Assembly: GCA_003560665.1 (NCBI GenBank)
Contig: PWKK01000023.1
Span: 186,040-250,039 of the forward strand
Direction: 5' to 3'
Length of the DNA stretch: 64,000 nt
From: Candidatus Nealsonbacteria bacterium
Lineage (GTDB): Bacteria > Patescibacteriota > Minisyncoccia > Minisyncoccales > PWPS01
Shown: in pieces, positions 57,971 to 64,000 of the stretch
Position numbering within the stretch: position 1 is the stretch's first letter
Layout: each line of letters starts with the position of its first letter
The notes under the pieces: generated by a model
What the model was told of the DNA's origin: nothing
Databases searched by the model: none
Seen by the model: the letters and a program-made list of their open reading frames with translations, nothing else
Position numbers and translations under genes: made by a program

Positions 57971-58729
57971 ATGGAAAATTTTATCGAAGTAATAACTAAA
58001 AATGCCGGGGAACTGATTCTGAGCCGTTTTAAGGAGAAGAAAGATCTTCTTTCGCTGAGAAAAGGAAGTAAAGAAGTTGTAACAAAGTGTGACAAGGATG
58101 TAGATCAACTTTTAATAAAAAGCATCTCTAACGAATATCCCGATCACGGAATCTTAACGGAAGAGTCGGGATTCAACGATAAAGAGTCGGACTATCTGTG
58201 GATTGTTGACTCCTTGGACGGAAGTGGTAATTTTGCAAGTGGAAACCCTTTGTTTTCGGTGTGTGTAGCTCTTTCTTATAAAGAAGAGTTGTTCTTGGCA
58301 ACGACGTATGCGCCGTTCATCGGTGAATTTTATTTTGCCAAAAAGGGAAAAGGAGCCTTTCTAAATGGTGAAAAAATAAGTGTCTCCGATGTCAAAGAAA
58401 CAAGGGGGTCTTATATCGCTTTTTGCGATGGACACGAAAAAGACCGGGAAAAACTTTCCGAAAGACTTTCAGTGGTATTTAAAAATGCTATTGACTTACG
58501 AAAAATAGGCTCTGCTGGGGTGGAAACGGGATGGCTTGCATCGGGAAGAATAGATGGATTTTTGATGTTTGAAGGAGACCCTTGGGATCTAGCATCGGGC
58601 GTGTTGATAGCAAAGGAGGCAGGAGGAACAGTTACCGACTTTAGAGGTAACCCTTGGACCTGTAACCGAGGGAGCTTTGTCTTTTCAAACGGAAAAATTC
58701 ATCAGGAACTTTTAAAAATGGTTTCTTAA
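57971..58729 (+). CDS. Inositol monophosphatase family (SuhB-like)
   Basis: ILTEES, WIVDSLDGSGNF, RKIGSAG, PWDLASG; start ATG 57971. Confidence 0.92.
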   Translation: MENFIEVITKNAGELILSRFKEKKDLLSLRKGSKEVVTKCDKDVDQLLIKSISNEYPDHGILTEESGFNDKESDYLWIVDSLDGSGNFASGNPLFSVCVALSYKEELFLATTYAPFIGEFYFAKKGKGAFLNGEKISVSDVKETRGSYIAFCDGHEKDREKLSERLSVVFKNAIDLRKIGSAGVETGWLASGRIDGFLMFEGDPWDLASGVLIAKEAGGTVTDFRGNPWTCNRGSFVFSNGKIHQELLKMVS

Positions 58730-58784
58730 GAAGATATTTCTTGTTTGTGTTTTTATAGCAATATAGGTAATTAATTTTAAAAAG

Positions 58785-58982
58785 ATGGAAGAAGAAATTT
58801 TAAGGAAGATAAAAGAGCAAGAAGAAAAAATAGATAAGATATATGAAGCTGTTGAAAAAACAAGAAAGTTTTTTCTTTATACGTTAATTGTAACACTCGT
58901 GATAGTGTTACTTCCGATTATCGGAATGGTGTTCATTGTTCCCAGAATACTCAGTATCTACATGGATATTTATAGTTTTTAA
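58785..58982 (+). CDS. Small single-TM hypothetical protein
   Basis: Charged N-terminus KIDKIYEAVEKTRK followed by a long hydrophobic helix. Confidence 0.7.
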   Translation: MEEEILRKIKEQEEKIDKIYEAVEKTRKFFLYTLIVTLVIVLLPIIGMVFIVPRILSIYMDIYSF

Positions 58983-59005
58983 AAATATAATTCTGATTTT
59001 AAAAA

Positions 59006-59326
59006 ATGATTAATTTTGAAGATTTTAAAAAATTGGACCTTAGAATAGGTAAAATTGTCAAAGCCGAAGCGGTAGAGAAGTCCGACAAACTGCTTAAACT
59101 GAAGATTGATATAGGCGAGGAAGAAAAACAGATTTTAAGCGGGATTGCCGAATTTTATAACCCGGAAGAATTGGTCAACAAGCAGGTTGTTGTAGTGGCA
59201 AATCTAGAGTCAAGGAGTATGATGGGATTTGAGAGTCAAGGAATGGTTCTTGCTGCAGGCGATGAAGAGAAACCGGTTCTATTGATACCGGAGAAAGAAG
59301 TTAACTCGGGATCACAGATTACTTAA
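59006..59326 (+). CDS. Stand-alone tRNA-binding OB-fold (MetG C-terminal/Trbp111/CsaA-like)
   Basis: INFEDFKKLDLRIGKI, SDKLLKL, QILSGI, ANL...GFESQGMVLAA. Confidence 0.92.
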   Translation: MINFEDFKKLDLRIGKIVKAEAVEKSDKLLKLKIDIGEEEKQILSGIAEFYNPEELVNKQVVVVANLESRSMMGFESQGMVLAAGDEEKPVLLIPEKEVNSGSQIT

Positions 59327-59375
59327 AAAGAAACAACTTTTAGCTGTTTCTTTTTTGTTGGCTTGAATATTTTTT

Positions 59376-60143
59376 TTATAACTTTTCTCCGTAGACTTCA
59401 GCGGGCAAACTTCCTTTATAGTAAAGCTTTCCGTCCTTAACATGCAGCTCTTCAATATGGAAACCGTTTTCCGGAGAAATGATTGCATTTACCACCCGTA
59501 ATGTTTCTACCTCTACCTTTTCTATTGCTTCTTGCGGAAGAGGGGCTCTGCCGACCCTCAAACTCTCAATTTTTATTTTTACGGCGTTCTCTGAATCACG
59601 ATATAGTTCTCCTGTCGCATAAACAGGAGCTTTGTTTACAATGTTTGAGATGTATCCGACAATTAATTCAGTAATGGAAGCATCGGAGGGGGCGTTATCG
59701 ATATAGTCTTGAACGTCTGCGGCGTGTACGGTAAATCTATCATATTTTCCGATCAACCCCTGTCCTTTTAAGAAATCAACAAAGTTTTCTGAAAGCAGAA
59801 AACTTACTTCTCCTGTATCACTTTCTCCAAAAGAAACATTGATATTGCTAATTGGCCCGTTTACATTCGTAGTTGATATTAGCGCGCTCATTTCCTCACT
59901 GGTAAAGTAATCTTCTATTTCATTGCTGCCGGAGATGGAAAAATTGTTTTCTGTGAGTGTGACTATATTAATCTCTTCTAAATCTTCGATAAAAACTTTT
60001 GATTTCTCTAATCCCGAAGAAAGATCTTCTTCTGTCCAGGACACATCAACTTGTTTTCCCGTGCTCAACACAAAATAAATTCCCCCAAAAAACAACACGA
60101 CTAAAAAAACAACGACAAGGATTAAGTTAAGTAGAAGTTTCAT
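59376..60143 (-). CDS. Hypothetical membrane-anchored exported protein
   Basis: N-terminal TM, 255 aa; no family recognised. Confidence 0.7.
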   Translation of the reverse strand: MKLLLNLILVVVFLVVLFFGGIYFVLSTGKQVDVSWTEEDLSSGLEKSKVFIEDLEEINIVTLTENNFSISGSNEIEDYFTSEEMSALISTTNVNGPISNINVSFGESDTGEVSFLLSENFVDFLKGQGLIGKYDRFTVHAADVQDYIDNAPSDASITELIVGYISNIVNKAPVYATGELYRDSENAVKIKIESLRVGRAPLPQEAIEKVEVETLRVVNAIISPENGFHIEELHVKDGKLYYKGSLPAEVYGEKL

Positions 60144-60274
60144 ATTGTTTGCTTTATAAATTAGTAGCTTAACACCTTGAATTATACATTATTTTACAGA
60201 TTAAACCAGTATTTATTAAGCTGTGTTTTTGTTGTAGAATGAAAGTGTGACTGTTAGGATAATAAAAGAAAAAA

Positions 60275-60991
60275 ATGGATAATGAATATTTTTCAAAAGA
60301 CGAGGAGCTTGAAGAAGAAAGTGGTTCTTTTTTTAAATTAAGCTTTGTGAGAATAAGCTTAGCATTAATGCTTATTGTTTCTTTAATTTATATTTCCGGA
60401 CCGCGAGAATATTTATTTTTCCAGAAAACTCCTCTTTATACAACCTTTACTTCTTTGAAAACTCCGGTGGAAAAGGAAGAGGTTTCTATCCCGGTTTCGG
60501 TTTTTATTTTAAGAGAGGGGAGTTTCAAGTCTTCTAGGACAGATGAAGAAATAAATCACGTTTTGGAGAATGGTTTTCGAGTTTTTCGTTTGGCAAATAT
60601 CACCTTTGAAAAGAAAAATATTTTCGACTTATATGTAAATAGTGAAAACTTTTTATCCAACCACTCTCAGTTTTTAAAGCAAATAGATGATGACAAAAAG
60701 CAGAAAATTAATATATTTTTAACGGGACACTTGGACGGAAAGAACGGAGTTGCTTTTACAGGTCTTAATTCTTTGGCCGTCGCAGATTATATTACTTCTC
60801 GTGATTATCGTGTTTTGGCACATGAAATCGGGCACATTTTGGGTCTTGGGCACAGTAATCACCCTTCTTCTGTTATGTATCAGGGTTCTTACGGGACAAA
60901 GCTTTCTGTAACGGAGATAGCGACAGTCAGAAAAAATGCGAAGGAACTGAAAGGATTAAACCTAGAGAAAATTAATCTCGATGACAAATAA
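60275..60991 (+). CDS. Membrane-anchored metzincin (matrixin-like) zinc metalloprotease
   Basis: HEIGHILGLGH (HExxHxxGxxH) and Met-turn SVMY. Confidence 0.85.
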   Translation: MDNEYFSKDEELEEESGSFFKLSFVRISLALMLIVSLIYISGPREYLFFQKTPLYTTFTSLKTPVEKEEVSIPVSVFILREGSFKSSRTDEEINHVLENGFRVFRLANITFEKKNIFDLYVNSENFLSNHSQFLKQIDDDKKQKINIFLTGHLDGKNGVAFTGLNSLAVADYITSRDYRVLAHEIGHILGLGHSNHPSSVMYQGSYGTKLSVTEIATVRKNAKELKGLNLEKINLDDK

Positions 60992-61022
60992 AAAGCAGAT
61001 TAAAAAAATAAAAATAAAGTGT

Positions 61023-61244
61023 ATGAGTTGGGCAGAAAAAAGAATAAAACAATATCGGGAAGGGCAAAAAGCCACTCGCTTGGAAAAGTTGGCTCTTGAA
61101 CACGGACACCCGGTAAATTGTGCGGCTAGCGTTATTGCGACTATCTTTTTGGGATACGGGTTGTGGTTTCATGATTTTACATGGATAGCATTCGGCATTA
61201 TTGTCGGCCTTTTTGGACACATTTATTGTTCGTTGAAAAAGTAA
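61023..61244 (+). CDS. Small membrane hypothetical protein
   Basis: MSWAEKRI...LEHGHPVN with two TM segments. Confidence 0.7.
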   Translation: MSWAEKRIKQYREGQKATRLEKLALEHGHPVNCAASVIATIFLGYGLWFHDFTWIAFGIIVGLFGHIYCSLKK

Positions 61245-61280
61245 TTTTTAATCTTTTTATTTTTTTATATAATAAAATCA

Positions 61281-62078
61281 ATGAAAAAAATAACATTAGT
61301 TTTAGGATCGGGAGGTACAAGAGGATTTGCTCACCTGGGAGTTTTGAAAACATTAGAGGAAAATGGAATTATTCCTGAACGTATTTTCGGATCGAGCGTA
61401 GGGGCACTTGTCGGAGGATTTTTTTGCAAATTCGGAAACTACAAAAAAGCGGAAGAAATTTCCCTTAACTTTAATTGGAAAGAGTTTTCTTCTCTTTTAG
61501 GATTGAATGTAAAAAAGGGGCTACTTGGCGGAGAGAAATTAAGAAAACAACTGGATCTTATTTTCGAGAGAGCTGACTTTGAGGATCTTGAAATACCTCT
61601 AGAGACAGTAGCAACTGACTACTTTACCGCTCAACCGGTTTATTTTAACAAAGGCAGCTTAGCAGAAGGGGTTCATGCGAGCATAGCTTTCCCGATGATT
61701 ATTGAACCATTAAAAAAAGATGGAAAGATTTTTTGGGATGGTGGATTGTCTGACCCTTTGCCGGTAGAAAGAGCAAAAGAAAATTCCGAAATAGTTTTGG
61801 CTGTTAATCTTGACAGATATCCTCACCCTCTTAGAGGCAAAAGAAAGATTGGCGCTAGACGAAACGTGGGAATGGCGATCAGATCTCTTCAGCATCACTT
61901 GGCCAACTACCGCGGGAAAGGAGCAGATGTTTTACTAGAACCGGAGCTGGAAAAAGAAGATGGGTTTCTGGATATATCCAGTTTTTTAAAAGAAAAAAAG
62001 GGAAGGCGTATTATTGACAGGGGAAGCGAGATAACTCAGAAGAACATAGGGCTGATAAAAGAGAAGATTAGAGAATAG
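61281..62078 (+). CDS. Patatin-like phospholipase (RssA-like)
   Basis: LGSGGTRGFAHLGV, GSSVG nucleophile, DGG motif. Confidence 0.93.
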   Translation: MKKITLVLGSGGTRGFAHLGVLKTLEENGIIPERIFGSSVGALVGGFFCKFGNYKKAEEISLNFNWKEFSSLLGLNVKKGLLGGEKLRKQLDLIFERADFEDLEIPLETVATDYFTAQPVYFNKGSLAEGVHASIAFPMIIEPLKKDGKIFWDGGLSDPLPVERAKENSEIVLAVNLDRYPHPLRGKRKIGARRNVGMAIRSLQHHLANYRGKGADVLLEPELEKEDGFLDISSFLKEKKGRRIIDRGSEITQKNIGLIKEKIRE

Positions 62079-62247
62079 AGAGACTTTAAAAATAGGAACA
62101 GCGGCTACTATTAAAAAAAAGGGAAGAAGTTCTCTGCTATTGAGAAAGATGCCAAGCAATCTATAACTCAAGTTGTCTGTGAAACGTAGCTGTTTAAATA
62201 AAGTTCGCTTTGTGTTATAATACTGATACTAAAGAGGAGGGATTGAA

Positions 62248-62595
62248 GTGAGTTCATTTATTTCTTATTTCCTGATTTTTATGCTTCTTTTCCTTATTGT
62301 ACGTCGCTTTCTTTATTATCAGAAAAGAATTGAGATAAGCATTAAGAAAAAGGACTACGCCAGTGCACTTTTCTACGCAAAAATGATTGGAAATTGGTGG
62401 CTAATGAGCTATCTTAAAGAAAAAATTGAAAAAGATTTTACGAAACTCCGTTCTCAACAAGCAGTCAATTGCATAGAAGCACTAATTAGTGTAGGGGAAG
62501 AAAAAAGAGCAAGAAAACTACTATTTATTGAAGCAAGGAAAAGAAAAGATTGCGAAGTGTTATTAAATTGGTTTTGGAAGGAGGTTCAGGAATAA
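62248..62595 (+). CDS. Hypothetical single-TM protein
   Basis: TGnTATAAT(62216), AGAGGAGG SD, GTG start, AAAAGGAGAGA...TCTCTCCTTTTT-like hairpin after the stop. Confidence 0.65.
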   Translation: MSSFISYFLIFMLLFLIVRRFLYYQKRIEISIKKKDYASALFYAKMIGNWWLMSYLKEKIEKDFTKLRSQQAVNCIEALISVGEEKRARKLLFIEARKRKDCEVLLNWFWKEVQE

Positions 62596-62737
62596 AACAG
62601 AAAAAAGGAGAGACGGAAAAAAACCATCTATAAATGGCTATCCCTTCTCTCCTTTTTAATTAACAAGTGGTTGAAAATTAAGTTAAAATAAGTTATAGTA
62701 GCGCCCAGGTCAATTATTAATCTTAAAAAATAAAAAA

Positions 62738-63505
62738 ATGAAAAAAACAATCAAAAGTCCCTTATTTTGGGTTCTTATCATATTTCTAGTTCTTTCCGGA
62801 ATTTATCTTTTTAATCTTGACGAAGAAGAGTTTTTTGCTAATGAAGATGTTGTTGTAGAGGTAAATGGCGTGGAGTTTAGCTTTGATGATTTTAATAGAG
62901 TTTTAAGTCAGGTTCAGCAGCAGTATATGATGCAAGGAATGGAGTTGTCGGAAGAAGAGTTAAGAGAAATTGCGGTAGAAAGTTTAGTGCAACAAGCACT
63001 TTTAATGGAGCTTGCCGATGAAAAAAACATTGATGTCTCTCAAGAAGAGCTGGAAGATTATTTTCAGGAAATAATGACAATGTACGGAATGGATAATGAA
63101 GAAGAGCTTTTAGGACAGCTTAAAGAAGAAGGGCTTGATACTCGTGCAGAAGTTGATGAGGTTTTAACATCGGAAATAAGAGTAGACAAGCTTGTTGAGC
63201 TTTTTGCAGAAGATGTTGATGTTACCCAAGAAGAGGTAGAGGAAGCTTATAACCTTTTTGCACAACAAGTTGAAGAATTTGAGGGAGCCGAACAAGTGCC
63301 TTCTTTTGAGGAAGTGGAAGAAGAAATAAAAGAGAGCTTGATTCAAGAAAAAGTAGTACCGGTTATTCTTACCAAGCTGGAAGAAATGGAAGAGAGTGCA
63401 GAGATAAAAACTTATTTTGAAGAAGTGAGTGTGGAAGAAGCTCCTTCTGACGTTGAGATGCTTGACCCTGAAGAGCTAGAAATAGAAATGGAAGAATTGG
63501 AATAA
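62738..63505 (+). CDS. SurA N-terminal-domain chaperone-like protein
   Basis: TM anchor, VVEVNGVE, LVQQALLMELA...IDVSQEE, VTQEEV; no PPIase motif seen. Confidence 0.8.
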   Translation: MKKTIKSPLFWVLIIFLVLSGIYLFNLDEEEFFANEDVVVEVNGVEFSFDDFNRVLSQVQQQYMMQGMELSEEELREIAVESLVQQALLMELADEKNIDVSQEELEDYFQEIMTMYGMDNEEELLGQLKEEGLDTRAEVDEVLTSEIRVDKLVELFAEDVDVTQEEVEEAYNLFAQQVEEFEGAEQVPSFEEVEEEIKESLIQEKVVPVILTKLEEMEESAEIKTYFEEVSVEEAPSDVEMLDPEELEIEMEELE

Positions 63506-63631
63506 AAAAAGAAAATTAGAAAAATAAACCTTGCGGGGTCAGATTCCGCAAGGTTTTGTTTTTGAAGTAACTTAATGTGTGCTAGACTATAGTAGTAATT
63601 TTTTATTAAAACCTATGAAATAAAAATGCTT

Positions 63632-64000
63632 ATGGATGAAGTTTATAAAACATTAGAAGACCTTAAAATAACATATAACCGTTACAATCATTCCGCCGTT
63701 TATACGGTAAAAGAGGCAGAAAAGGAGATTAAAAGCATTGAGGGAGCACATACGAAGAATTTGTTTCTAAGAGACGAGAAAGGAAAAAGACACTATTTGG
63801 TCATTTTACCCGCAGAACAGGATGCAGACCTTAAGTCTCTTGCTTTTAAATTAAATGAAAAAAAGTTGAGTTTTGCTTCTCCGGAGAGGCTTAGAAAGTA
63901 TCTCGGTCTGGATCCCGGTTCTGTTTCTCCTTTTGGATTGATAAACGATAATAATTGTCAAGTCAGTGTTGTTATCGAAAAAGAGCTTAAAAAAGCGGAA
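63632..64000 (+). CDS. YbaK/ProX(PrdX) aminoacyl-tRNA deacylase; 3' truncated by the window edge
   Basis: HSAVYTVKEA, GAHTKNLFLRDEKG, LSFASPERL, LGLDPGSVSPFGLIND (not in the ORF track). Confidence 0.9.
   Translation, partial: MDEVYKTLEDLKITYNRYNHSAVYTVKEAEKEIKSIEGAHTKNLFLRDEKGKRHYLVILPAEQDADLKSLAFKLNEKKLSFASPERLRKYLGLDPGSVSPFGLINDNNCQVSVVIEKELKKAE

Noticed and set aside
1..64000. Genome-wide stop-codon reassignment (code 25 or TAA to Glu/Gln)
   Set aside because: TAA, TAG and TGA all end conserved genes at expected positions; only two isolated in-frame TAAs were found in conserved genes.

Overview
AT-rich chromosomal segment of a reduced-genome bacterium. Gene content suggests Patescibacteria/CPR (Parcubacteria-like), probably anaerobic; this is an inference, as no rRNA gene is present. 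The first ~41 kb is mostly translation and replication housekeeping: gatB, miaA/B, thrS, dnaE, rnhB, rpmF-nusB-rnc-rpsP-khpA-trmD, glyS, valS, tRNA-Tyr/Thr/Trp with rpmG, relA-like, cdaA-ybbR, def, mltG, rplJL and a Clp ATPase. The rest is accessory salvage, redox and hypothetical genes. No CRISPR array, transposase, integrase or prophage was seen. Most notable observations: (1) a LuxI-like acyltransferase with a co-transcribed small membrane peptide, next to an orphan multi-TM/GAF histidine kinase, with no LuxR in the window. (2) A split in translation signals: the core genes examined lack Shine-Dalgarno sites, while about 11 dispersed accessory genes, mostly small or membrane, sit in promoter-strong SD-ORF-terminator cassettes, some with near-identical promoters. 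(3) A glyS T-box riboswitch with an ultrashort Stem I. (4) Two tandem promoter-driven hairpin RNAs with no ORF upstream of guaB. (5) A recurrent AGGTC(G) leader motif. (6) Single in-frame TAA codons at probable Glu positions in gatB and the Clp ATPase.
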